Assembly (NCBI GenBank): GCA_964035545.1
Contig: OZ037767.1
Span: forward strand, 11,728,581-11,792,580
Direction of reading: 5' to 3'
Source: Bugula neritina
Taxonomy: Eukaryota; Animalia; Bryozoa
Length of the DNA stretch: 64,000 nt
Under the pieces are notes generated by a model. That model ran no database searches. It saw nothing but the letters and a program-made list of their open reading frames with translations, and had not been told where the DNA came from. Shown here piece after piece: positions 37,412-49,583 of this stretch; within the stretch, counting starts at the first letter, position 1; the number at the start of each line of letters is the position of its first letter. A program made the position numbers and the translations under genes.

Positions 37412-38244
37412 AAAACAAGACAAGACAAGACAAGACAAGACAAGACAGCTATACAGAAATATTTTTCTAAAATGTCAGTCATAGTGGCTATAATATATTG
37501 ATCTGCAGTTGGTTTATTACTGTAGCTTTCATTTCTTCACAGCCAGTTTAACATTCATTGCTTTGATATCACACCTAATTCTTTGTCAATTATGACTTTC
37601 TATCTGGAAATTAAATAGGAATTGTTTTTAATGATAAACAAGTTATACCAAAATGACATTTTAATATATTACCACAAGTTATTTTTATGAAAATATTGTT
37701 ATAATTTTGCTCTTGTGGGGTTTTCAGTGTATAATCAATTTAGCACATTGTTTGTAATGTAGATCAACTTCACAATGTAGTTACGTGATAATAGACAATT
37801 ATATTTATAGAAAAGATACAATAGTAAAACTTTACATTTACTCTGACAATTCACAACAACTTAGTCAAGTGTTTACAGTTCGCCTGTCTACTAACAACTG
37901 CGCGGGAAGCCACCGTCCTCAATAACATAGCCCATGTCTATTTCTATTGGAGGGTTTGTCATGATCAGGTCATCTCCTCGTGCACGCAATGACCCCACAG
38001 TTCATTTAGAAGGGAAATAACGCTTCCCCCTTTTTCTATTAGCTTAGGGCCACACTGTGCGTATTTTTGCACGCGAAAATTGCAACCACAAGTAGCAAAG
38101 GTGTCCACTGTACGAGTTGAGAAAACATTCGCACTTGTCGCTCAGCATTCTGAACGCAAGTGCGACTCGTCTCTGTCGTCGTCATCTAATTGGCTGGTAG
38201 TTATTTAGCGAGCCCAATTTCTTTATGTTAGGACTACATTCCAG

Positions 38245-40364
38245 CAGTGTGGTATATTTAGGGGTGTGACTAAAATAGGTGTTACGGACCGCGACACCGG
38301 GTGGCAGAGACCGCGACACCGGGTGGCCACCCATTGTCGCGGTCCGTGACACCCATTTTAGTCATAAGGGGGGGGGGGGTTTGACTAAAATGGGTGTCGT
38401 GGATAATTTTCGTTTTATTTTCAAATTTTTAGCACCTGTGACTGTTAAGATAATTGTTAAATAAATCTTCAGTGAATAATGAACATTTCACAATCGTTTA
38501 AACTAAAAACATGAATAAATAATGATTATATTAAAGTAATTTTAACAAAAAACAAAGTTATCGAGAGTTATCTTTCCTCATCAAAAATTTAATTTCCACT
38601 TAATTTTACTGTTATCGTTATGATCATAGACATGCTAACTTATGAAACATATACTTTAAATTATTAAAAACGTTTTGAGCAATATTAACAAACAAAAATG
38701 TCTAAAAAAAATGTGAAAATAAAACTAAAAATATTCGCGACACCCATTTTAGTCCAGAATGACTAAAATGGGTGTCATAACATTTTTTTATTTGCATTTA
38801 GCATTGAGGATAAATATAAATTTACACTTGACATCATTAAACTGCTTTTGCATTTTTACACTAACTTAGCTAATTAATAAGCTACGAAACTGCGTCATAG
38901 GATAAATAAGATTAAAGTCATTGTAAAAACCTTTGCGGTCAAAAGCTAGGGGGTGTCGCAAAGAATTCAATACATGTATTTTAATTTAATTTCATAGTTA
39001 TTTTTCAGTTTCTAGACATACTGACTAATGAACCATATACTTTAAACTAGTAAAAACACTAAGAGCAATATTAAAAAAATGTTTACAAAATGTGAAAATA
39101 AAACTAAAAATTTTTGCGACACCCATTTTAGTCAAAACCCCCCCAAATGACTATAATGGGTGTCACGGTGAGTTTTGCTCTACTTTTTAGCTTTTTGGCA
39201 ATTCTTGTTGTTAAATTGGTTGTTGATCAAAACTTTAGGAAAACTCTAATATATTATAACTGTTTCACCCCAAATGACAGTAGTATTAAATAATAATTTA
39301 CAATAATAATAAAATATGATAAAAACCGAAACTATTAGTAACACCCCCTAGAGTTACCTTTCCTTAGTTCTTAGTTTTATTTTTATGATTTTTCCCTAAT
39401 ATTTGTGAGTATTAAAAATTTTATTAATTTTAATTAGTAAAAGCAAGTAAAAGTTTCAACATGACATAATTTATAGTATCCAAAACCGCACAGAAAGCTA
39501 AAAATAAAGCAAAAGTCACAGTGACACCCATTTTAGTCATTCGTGGGTGTTTTGACTAAAATGGGTGTCGCGAATATTTTTAGTTTCATTTTCACATTTT
39601 GTAGACAATTTTGTTTGTTAATATTGCTTAAAACGTTTTTAATAGTTTAAAGTATATCTTTCATAAGTTAGCATGTCTATGATCATAATGATAACAGTAA
39701 AATTAAGTGAAAATTAAATTTTTGATGAGAAAAGATAACTCTTGATAAGTTTGTTTTTTGTTAAAATTAATTTGATTTAATCATTATTTGTTTATGTTTT
39801 TGGTTTAAACGATTGTGAAATGTTCATTATTCACTGAAGATTTATTTAACAATTATCTTAACAGTCACAGCTGTTTAAAAATCTGAAAATAAAACGAAAA
39901 TTGTTCGCGACACCCATTTTAGTCAAAACCCCCCTTATGACTAAAATGGGTGTCACGAACCGCGACACCGGGTGGCCACCCATTTTAGTCACACCCTATA
40001 TTTAGGAGTTTTGACTTTAAAGCGTGAAAAATCATTATGCCGCGATTGGTACCGCGAGTTTATATAAGTTATAAAGGAAAAATTTTGCCACTTATTATTT
40101 TATTTTTTTATTTTATGTGGCCATTTTTTTTGTTTATTGATAAAAATTTTCTTTTAATTTTATGTGCATTAAAAATGTATTTAAAAACTTTACCAATAAA
40201 CTAAACTAAAAAAATGTACACATAAAATAGAAAAAAAATAACAAAAGTGGCAAAATTTTTCCTCTATAACTTATATAAACTCGCGGTACCAATCTCAGCA
40301 TAATGGCGCCCATATGATTCCGTAAGATTTCCTAAAGTCAACACTCCTAATATATACCACTCTG
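38245..40364. mobile_element. hAT-type MITE nested in the Harbinger MITE
   Basis: TIR CAGTGTGGTATAT../..ATATACCACTCTG; 8-bp TSD CATTCCAG (38237-38244, 40365-40372). Confidence 0.9.
38262..39996. mobile_element. Foldback element, Mutator(MULE)-like, nested in the hAT MITE TIR
   Basis: Ends GGGTGTGACTAAAAT/ATTTTAGTCACACCC, ~500-bp inverted arms, modular GACACCCATTTTAGTC repeats, 9-bp TSD TATATTTAG (38253-38261, 39997-40005). Confidence 0.88.
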
Positions 40365-41639
40365 CATTCCAGTAAATTGTGTTTTATTGAAAGCGAGTGC
40401 AATTTAAAAATGAAAACTTCATTTATCCCGCACTTGTAGCCATAGCAACAAGGCGAGCAGTAAAGTTAAACGCAAATATTGTTAGCTAGTAGTTTTTCAA
40501 TCTCACTGACGCTACAGTGGACACCTTTGCTACTTGTGGTTTCAATTTTCGCATGCGAAAATGCGCACAGTGTGGCCCTAGGCTTATAAGAGTAATCCAT
40601 CGAGCCACCACAATATACTGTTATAAAAGCTGCTTCTCAGTTCAAAATTGCATATTTAAATGGTGTGTATTTCCTGCACATTCAGTCAAGCTCTGTTAAC
40701 CGTAGTTGCATCTGTATCTCTGCGCTGCATAAGTATTGATTGGTCTTAGAAGTTGATATTCTTTTTGCTGGCTTTCTAATTGTGTTCTTCATTATCTAAA
40801 ATATTCATTTGCAAATCAGTTGTATTATTATAAATGTATGATATGGCTTTTTGCATCAGTATAATACCAGTAACTTTATTACTCTATTGTAATAGTATAG
40901 CTACTCAGGTTCATCTCTCTTGGCACATATAATTGTTACTAATAATTTAGCATATTCTATGCAAAATTACACCAAGTCGAGATCAACACTTTTCTATTAA
41001 CTAATTTTGAGTATCGAAGAATATAAAATGAAGTTAAATTAGGGTATATATAACTGTAAACTTGAGGGCAAGTGGTGTACCTCAGGTCTATACTTTATTA
41101 TTTTATGTGATTGTTATGTAATAAGTCTAAGAAAAGTAACATAATATATTTTTTATTGTTGTTCTTACCTCACTCTTTGCAGTACACATATCTTCTTATC
41201 CCTATGCGCTCACTGAAGCGTGAAGTGATGCGCGCTGCTAATTACTTAGGAAAAAACATATTAATTTATAAATAATTTATAAAAAATCCAGAAGAATTAT
41301 TGGAAAAAAAAAGTTGCTCTGAAGAAATATCTTAAGATTCTAACATTGCCATTTTTTCAGATGTCATGTTTTGCTGCTGAGATATTTTACTGGTACTGAA
41401 AAGTCAGCTTTTCAAGCAAAATTGGCTAAAATGGGCAGTTTTTTGTCTCTAACTTTGCAATAAAAAATGAAAATTGAAAATTCTAAAAAAGTTGCATTTG
41501 GGGGAAAAGATCTACAACATAGTTTTTAAATGTTGACTTTAGCACAAGTAGATGAGATTTTATTTTACTGGTACTGAATTGTTATATAACTACAATGCAA
41601 ACCTCAGCGAGATAGTTGCAGCTAAAAGGTGCCTTTAAC

Positions 41640-42870
41640 TATCCTGTTGGTTTGTTTAAAATCCTCCTAAAGATGGTCTGCCCTTCAAAGCTACAAAGCA
41701 TGATAGAATCTTTCTACAACAACATAAAGGGGACAGTGCAGTTTGGCTGCAACCTCTCTGAACCATTTGACATATGAAGTGGCCTTAAGCAAGACTGCGT
41801 TCTGGCACCGGCACTCTTTGGTATCTTCGTTACTATGCTCTTTAAGCACACTCTCTGCACTTTAGCAAAGAGGATCTACCTGCAGACTAGATCTGATGGT
41901 AAACTTTTTAGCCTCGCCTGTCTCAGAGCCAAAACAAAAGTAGGTGAAGCTGTCATCAGAAACATGCTGTTTGCTATTGATGCTGCTGTCGCATCCCGCA
42001 CACAACAAGGATTGCAGATGCTCAATAACAAATTCTCCTAGGCTTGCAAAGACTTTGGGTTGACCATCAGCTTGAAAAAGAGCAATGCTCTAGGACAAGA
42101 CGCATCGGCACCACCTGCCATTGCATTAGACAACTACGAGCTAGATGTCGTCAAGGAGTTCACCTAACTTGGCCCCATTATCACCAAAAACTTTTCCCTT
42201 GACAGTGAGATCAGCAAGAGAATCCAAAATGCAGCAACAATTATGGCCATTTCACAAACCGCGTCTGAACAAGCACCAAGCTGACTGTGTCCACAAATAT
42301 AGCAGTGTATAATGCTTGTGCCATCAGCACCTTGGTGTATGACAGTGAAACTTGGACTACACTTGCCATGCAAGAGAGGAAGCTGAATATTTTTCACCTA
42401 CATAGCATTCACCATATCCTGAGTATTACATGGCAAGACCGAGTGACAAATGCAGAGGTTCTTTCTCAAGCTAGTCTTTCAAGCATGTTTACTCTGCTCA
42501 GGCAATGCAGACTGCGCTGGCTTGGTCATGTTTCACGCATGGACGAAGGATGCATCCTCAAGGACATTCTCTATATCAAACTAACCAGTGGTAGCTGCAG
42601 TCATGAGCAACCTTGTTTGTGCTACAAGGATGTCTGCAAAAGGGATATATGTAGGCTGTTGGCATAAACACAGCATCCATGGAAGATCTTGCATCCAATC
42701 GCACGAGTTTGGGTAGGAAATTAAAGCACCATCTTACATCAGGGGAAGAAAAACCTCTCAGTGCAGCTGCTGAAAAGATGCCAACACCAACAGACCAGAG
42801 TCTGCATATAAGTGTGACATTTGTAACAAAGACCGTCATTCACACATCTATACAGTCATTAGCTTAACCC
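41640..42870 (+). mobile_element. Degenerate RTE-clade LINE fragment (RT 3' half)
   Basis: SGLKQDCVLAPALFGIF, TRSDGKLFSLACLRAKTKV, LVYDSETWT, ITWQDRVTNAEVL, RLRWLGHVSRM; multiple stops. Confidence 0.9.
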
Positions 42871-43307
42871 AATCATAAGGTGTATTCAACGGTTGATTTG
42901 ACTGACCAAGGTCTACCATGACTATATTAATATATAATTGTATCACTATGATACTGCTTTGACTTTCCGTTTGAGTTTTATACAATATTTTTATACTTTT
43001 TAGTGTTATACTGAACATGAATAGCTAATAGTAACACTTTAGATTATTATAAATGTTCCGTCACATTTAAAAACATTATTTTTGTTTTAACGTGATATTC
43101 CGTTGTTTTTTAATTAGGCTATTCAACAAACTTCAAAATCAGTGATTTTGCTTTCCGCTTGTGAAGGAGTTACCTGGGAGCACAGATCTGCATTATTAGC
43201 ACTGTGATTATGACTATGATTATATATAAATATTACAGTCATGTTATTATGCAGATTTATAAACACTCAGTTCCGATTTACCACTTAAGTTTTCTTACTT
43301 TCTAGCG

Positions 43308-46300
43308 ATGTACAGGTCACTAGGGAAATCAGGGGTGAAGGTTTCTAATATTAGTTTGGGGACTCTCACGTTTGGTCATCACTCAAGGCCGGGTAACTGT
43401 ACTGAGGAACAGTCCCACGCCATATTGAACAGGTCAGTGTGACAGGCTGTCATACGTCTGCAAGTTTCTGGAACTTGAAGAGCAATTTATAGATCACCAC
43501 TTAATGTTGTAATAGTAATGTTATGTGTAGATACGTAGAACTTGGAGGCAACTTTATAGACACTGCCGATAACTATAGTGAAGGTGAATCAGAGAAGATT
43601 CTAGGAAGCTGGTTAAAGTCTATTGGCTCCCAGAGAGACAGCCTGGTAATAGCCACAAAGGGGAGGTAAGTCTCTGTAGCCTGAGATCTAGTATGTACTG
43701 TGGATGTTACTCTCTTGCTTTAGAGTCATGTTTTTATTTTGGCCATCGTATGTTCATGAGATATAAAACGGTGCACCACAGTGTCACAGTAGCAATTGTC
43801 AAGAATCATATTATTGTTTTTCATTCTAATTCTTTCCAGACTCTATAGCTGCTGTTATTGTGGTAAATGATAGTAAATGTCATATGCATTATATTCTGGC
43901 AAGTCACGGTCTCCCACAATGCACTGGAATGTAGGCTTGGCGCAGGTAGAGAAGGATAGGTGAATGGGAGATGTTTGAGTCGTAAACACTTGGTACATGA
44001 AGTAGAGGAAAGTCTCTCTCGTTTGCAGACAGACTACATTGACATCTATCAGTGGCACTGTTGGGATAAGACCACTCCCCTCGAGGAGAGCCTCAGGACC
44101 ATGGATGATCTGATTAGAGTGGGCAAAATACGCTACTTTGGAGTCAGCAATTTCTGTGGTTGGCAGCTGCAGAAGGTGTGTAGTAGCTGTAGTGTAGTAT
44201 GTAGTTACTGTAGTATAGTGTGTATGAACTGTAGTATAGTGTCTAGGAATTGTAGTATTGTGTGTAGTGACTGCAGTAATGTACATTATATCTCATGGAT
44301 GTAGTAGTGTGTGCTGTAGATCGTAGTAGTGCATGTTGTGGCTGTAGTAGTATATATTGTTACTGTGGAGGTGTATGTTGTATATTGTAGTAGTGTATGT
44401 TGTATAATCTTGTAGTAGTGTATGTTGTATAATCTTGTAGTAGTGTATGTTGTATAATCTTGTAGTAGTGTATGTTGTATAATCTTGTAGCAGTGTATGT
44501 TGTATAATCTTGTAGTAGTGTATGTTGTATAATCTTGTAGTAGTGTATGTTGTATAATCTTGTAGTAGTGTATGTTGTATATTCTAGTAGTGTATGTTGT
44601 ATAATCTTGTAGCAGTGTATGTTGTATAATCTTGTAGCAGTGTATGTTGTATAATCTTGTAGCAGTGTATGTTGTATATTCTAGTAGTGTATATTGTATA
44701 TTCTAGTAGTGTATATTGTAGCTGGTGAACTTAAGTAAAGTTATGGGTTTATCTCCATGCATCTCTCTCCAACAACAGTACAGTCTACTCAATAGAGAGT
44801 TGGAACTTGAGCTACAAGATGTCTGTATCAATGAAGGTGTCGCTGTACTCCCCTGGAGTCCATTGAAGGGTTTGTAGGCTATAATTGTCTAGCAGCACAA
44901 TTTTATTTTACTTTAGATTTTCTTGGCTAAAGTGTGTTGTGTGGGTGAAATGTTCCAGTTACTAGTTCGAGATGGGAATTCATATTACTGCAAAGCTCAC
45001 TTTATTACGTATTGTATATAATCATAGGCTGTGGTTTAAAGTTTCCAGTGTTAGAGTATCTCTACTTGTGTGAATACATTTGCTGTTTGTGTTTTCTATC
45101 TACATATATTAGGCATATACTTATCATAAGGAGATATTCCTCAAGTTAGTTTATAATGTACCAAGTTAACTTACAGAATCTAAAGATGGAGCACCAGCAA
45201 CACATTTTATACACTATATTATACTAGTCAACACTTACCTGTCTATTTTATACACGATATTATACTAGTCAACACTTACCTGTCTATTTTATACACGATA
45301 TTATACTAGTCAACACTTACCTGTCTATTTTATACACGATATTATACTAGTCAATACTTACCTGTCTATTTTATACACTATATTATACTAGTCAACACTT
45401 ACCTGTATATTTTATACACTATATTATACTAGTCAACACTTACCTGTATATGTCTATTTTATACACTATATTATACTAGTCAGCACTTACCTGTCTATTT
45501 TATACACGATATTATACTAGTCAATACTTACCTGTCTATTTTATACACTATATTATACTAGTCAACACTTACCTGTCTATTTTATACACTATATTATACT
45601 AGTCAACACTTACCTGTCTATTTTATACACTATATTATACTAGTCAACATTTACTTGTCTATTGTATACACTATATTATACTAGTCAACATTTACCTGTC
45701 TATTTTATACACTATATTATACTAGTCAACACTTAGCCTAGGGCCACACGATGCGTATTTTCGCATGCGAAAATTGAAATCACAAGTAGCAAAGGTGTCC
45801 ACTGTGCGCGTTGAGAAAACCTTCGCACTTGTCGCTCTGCATTTTCAACGCAAGTGCGAATCGTCTCTGTCGTCGTCACCTAATTGGCTGGTAGTTATTC
45901 AGCGAGCCCAATTTCTTTATTTAGTGCTATATTCCAGTAAATTGCGTTTTATTGAAAGCGAGTGCGATTTAAAAATGAAAGCTTTATTTATCACGCATCA
46001 CTGACGCTACAGTGGACACCTTTGCTACTTGTGATTTTAATTTTCGCATGCGAAAATACGCACAGTGTGGCCCTAGGCTCACCTGTCTATTTTATACACT
46101 ATATTATACTAGTCAACATTTACCTGTCTATTGTATACAGGTGGGTGGCTGACAGGTAAACACATGAACAGAGACACTCTCCCTCCCCCAGGTTCTAGAA
46201 TACACTACGCTTCTGTCAACAATTTTAAAGGGTGGGAGAGTCACACCCCCCTCTCTCAGTACGCTAATATGGAACAGGTTAGCTGTATTCTCTACTCTTA

Positions 46301-47834
46301 TATTGTATTTCGTACCTTCTATAAAGTCTCTGTTAACATAGTCACCATAGTAACTGCGTGTTGCTAAATATTCTATTGTGACTCACTTGTCTAGATTATT
46401 TCTTCTCTGTTTTATATTTATTTTGTTACATATTATCAAAAGTGTTGACACAAAGCATTCAGGAAAAGTAAGTATTTTCAATTACAATTTTCTATAACAG
46501 TTTAGTCTGTAAAAAAACTCACGCAAGTTTATAGTCGCTATCCCTGTGAGAAACCCCTGATGGGAAGGGTTTTTGTTAGATAAGGCTAAGGAGCAATTAT
46601 GATTGGATGCTCTTCCTAACATCACCAATGGCCTTTGTTGGGGTTCAAACCCATGACTTCGTGTCCACAAAGCTTTAACCCCTAGACCACGGCTGCTTCA
46701 TAACAGCTAAGTCTGTAGAGTCACTTCATTCACACACTAAGAAATACGTAACTTCATCTATTAAAATATATATTTTTGTACTGCAAAATAGTCAAATTAT
46801 AACTAGTTTTCCGTTGATCTTTGACCTCAACACTACACATAGCACTTGCTGATGTGTGTCAAGTATACTGAACATGGCTGCTAAGTTTAGTATAGTACAT
46901 GAATTATCTTCTCTACCTCTACAGCTGGGAATATAATGACTCAGAAGCTAATAGAGGTTATAATTTAACTTTACTAAAACTGTGTCCGCAGGTTTCTGTC
47001 ATCATTATTATGTTACTGAACTTTGCAAGTATTATAGCGAGTCTATTCTATCTACATCTAGGTGTGGGAGTTACTGGATAAAATGAAAATTATAGCAGAT
47101 AGCCATAGCAAGACTATGTCACAGGTAGTACTTATAATAGATGCTCCTTTTTCAGATTACACTCCTAATACAGATTATACGCTTTCTGCAGATTGTGCTT
47201 TTTATATGTTGTGATTATACTCTTTCTGAGCACTATACTCTTTCTACATTTTATGCTATTTCTACATATTATACTCTTTCCCCACATTGCAATCCTTCTG
47301 CAGATAAAAATTCTGTAGATCACATTTACTGAAGATGCAGTTTATACTAGCTGAATTCTCTATAAATTTATATTTCTCACCTTGTGTTCTGCCATATATT
47401 AGATCAGGGGTCGACCCCTTTAGTTACTCTTCAGCTAATTAATATTTCTTTGTTCATTGTTTACCTAATTTTAGTAGACAACAATATTTTATTTTATATT
47501 TTGTGATTTTCATCTTTTGATTACCTCTTCTTCTGTGTATTATTCTGCAGATTACACTTATATATGGCTATGTATTATTATGAAGGTTGCACTGAAATGG
47601 CTGCTGCAGAAGGACTGTGTTACTTCAGTTATTATGGGTTGTAAGACTATTGAGCAGCTGGAAGACAACATGGCTGCCAGTGACGGCTGGGAGTTGTCTT
47701 CTGCTGAAATGAATGAATTAGATGAGGCTTCCTCCTATCCTCTGCCATATCCTTTCAAGCTCCAAAACATCATCTCAGAACTCTGCTCTTTTCATAATAC
47801 CACAGTTGTACACAAAAGTGGCATGTCCTTCTAG
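43308..47834 (+). CDS. Aldo-keto reductase (YajO/Kv-beta-like branch), 7 exons: 43308-43432, 43531-43665, 43935-44175, 44722-44869, 46141-46277, 47062-47124, 47586-47834; in-frame TAG at 43957 (possible pseudogene)
   Basis: [98 protein letters not shown]. Catalytic D/Y/K/H present; all introns GT-AG with consistent phase. Confidence 0.9.
44176..44721. repeat. Intronic minisatellite, 25-bp unit tgtagtagtgtatgttgtataatct (diverged 21-22-bp units upstream)
   Basis: Directly visible; fills AKR intron 3. Confidence 0.95.
45205..46140. repeat. Intronic minisatellite, 41-bp unit tattttatacactatattatactagtcaacacttacctgtc (~14 copies)
   Basis: Directly visible; interrupted by a MITE; the last partial unit supplies the splice acceptor. 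Confidence 0.95.
45736..46078. mobile_element. PIF/Harbinger-type MITE, uninterrupted copy
   Basis: TIR GCCTAGGGCCACAC; inserted at the TTA of a minisatellite unit (TTA/TCA flanks). Confidence 0.9.
46511..46698 (-). mobile_element. tRNA-derived SINE
   Basis: Minus strand A box TGGTCTAGGGG, B box GGTTTGAACCC (46652-46641), body with AGGAAGAGCATCC, T-run end. Confidence 0.7.
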
Positions 47835-47970
47835 GCTTGCTAGTACAGTACCACAGTTGTACACAAAAGTGGCATGTCTTTCTAGGCTTGCTAGTACAGT
47901 ACCACAGTTGTACACAAAAGTCGCATGTCCTTCTAGGCTTGCTAGTACACTACCACAGTTGTACACAAGC
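47800..47970. repeat. 51-bp tandem repeat (~3.3 copies) overlapping the AKR stop codon
   Basis: accacagttgtacacaaaagtggcatgtccttctaggcttgctagtacagt repeated. Confidence 0.92.
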
Positions 47971-48303
47971 AATGTAGTGTCTATGTAGCTTTTTTAGTAC
48001 AGTACCACATCTGTAGCTTATACTGGTGTCAAAAGCTGTCATAGCTTCTATTTTGTGTTGTTGATCAGTTGTTAACTTTATACCAGTACCTTGGTCAGTT
48101 TTGATTGTAAGGAATTGGTGTCTAGGGGTGCAAAAATTATTATATATTGGGTTCCTTTCATGGTGCTAAAATTCAATAGTAGGAGAACGGGCATGTTTTG
48201 TATATTTAATCCATCTTCTAATTCTAATAAAAAAATGAAATCCTAAATTTTGATATCAGAAGCATGCATTGAATTATTGTAGAAATAAGTTAAAGGTTAA
48301 TAT

Positions 48304-48683
48304 TGTAGAGATTTTAGAATGCTATATCGAAAGGATAACTCCTCACACCTGACTCAAGGCATGATGCATTTTGCATCATGCAATTCTCTTAGTGCGATGG
48401 TACCACCGTAATAGCCAATGGGGGACTGGTAATAATTAGTAGGAGGCGGAGCTGCCTACGTATAGTGGAGGCTTGTCTAATTGACTAGCCGGCAGAGAGG
48501 ACTCTATAATGCTAATGTGAAGTCTTGTGTACTGTATCTCTCTATTATGTAACGTTTTATATTTGTTGTACATTTTATTTGTGTCTAATTTACATTGAAT
48601 AAACTCTTAGTATTTAGAAATCTGGTGAAGTGGCTTTGCATAAATAAACCCATTGATTGCAAGTGAAGCATAAATTCACAACA
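48304..48683 (+). mobile_element. Solo LTR related to element D
   Basis: TGTAGAG...CACAACA, 4-bp TSD ATAT on both sides, internal AATAAA, homology to 25962-26428. Confidence 0.88.
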
Positions 48684-49476
48684 ATATTATGCCTATTATC
48701 TCTTGGCATACTCTTTTTATGCTTTCGATAATGTGAGAATATATAGATTTTTTAACAACACCTCAACTAATTAAGCTTTATTTTCACCATAGCAACATTA
48801 AGCTCGTTTTTGGTAAAAGATAACAATTATGATAGATTGTGATGCATATATTTGCATGTACCATTAGTTTTATATTAAACAAAAAAGCTGTTAACTGTTT
48901 ATGGTGACTCCACCAATGCTGGGAATGATATTTCATTACCAAATGTGTCATACTAAATTTATTAAAGCAACGAAACTGTTTGTTGAAAAGTGAAAACTCA
49001 ACATAACTTTGATTGATAAATACATATTATTATGTTGATGTAAGCTAACTTATTGGTGCTTAAGTCTACAATTATTACATGACTACAATTTCCTCTACTA
49101 TATAAAATGATCTCCATGGTTGAGTAAGTTTACTGATGTCATTGTCTATGATCCAATATTGCATGTATTTTGTGTTCAATCCCTTAAATGCCCATGCAAT
49201 CTATAAAGTCAGCAATAACAATTGGATAAGATTGGCTAATTAGTATTTATAGCCTATAATAGTATGATTTGAAGCTCACTTATTTTGCACAAACCATTTC
49301 CCCATGGCTTTACTAACTTAAGAAGATGCAATTTCCTTTCAATTGAATGTGAAGATGCCAATATATATTATACGCACAAACCCAATATATGTAAGTATGT
49401 ATAGTATAGTTTTTCAGATTGTGAAAGTCGAATATGTGTAATATGTGATGTAAGGCTATATACATATTTTGTTTAA

Positions 49477-49552
49477 AAAAATCTGGTACGGCTAAATAGT
49501 TCACTGCACAAAACTATTGTAATATATATATATATATAATTATATATATATA

Positions 49553-49583
<31 letters not shown>

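Larger units (their letters stand above)
34407..37447 (+). mobile_element. 5'-truncated LINE of the CR1/L2 group with (ACAAG)n tail
   Basis: ORF1 C-terminus, intact APE-RT ORF2, short 3' UTR with stem-loop, tandem pentamer tail 37415-37447. Confidence 0.93.
38042..40583. mobile_element. PIF/Harbinger-type MITE (host of nested insertions)
   Basis: TIR GCYTAGGGCCACACTGTGCG, TTA TSD on both sides; uninterrupted relative at 45736-46078. Confidence 0.9.

Noticed and set aside
41200-41640. Possible Kolobok-type end (..CCTTTAA)
   Set aside because: No matching left end or TTAA duplication found.
45205-46140. Repeat arrays resembling CRISPR
   Set aside because: Units are contiguous with no unique spacers, there are no cas genes, and the context is a eukaryotic intron.
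46620-46700. Possible tRNA gene (and tRNA-like sequence at 5645-5670)
   Set aside because: No complete cloverleaf; explained as a SINE head and a PBS respectively.
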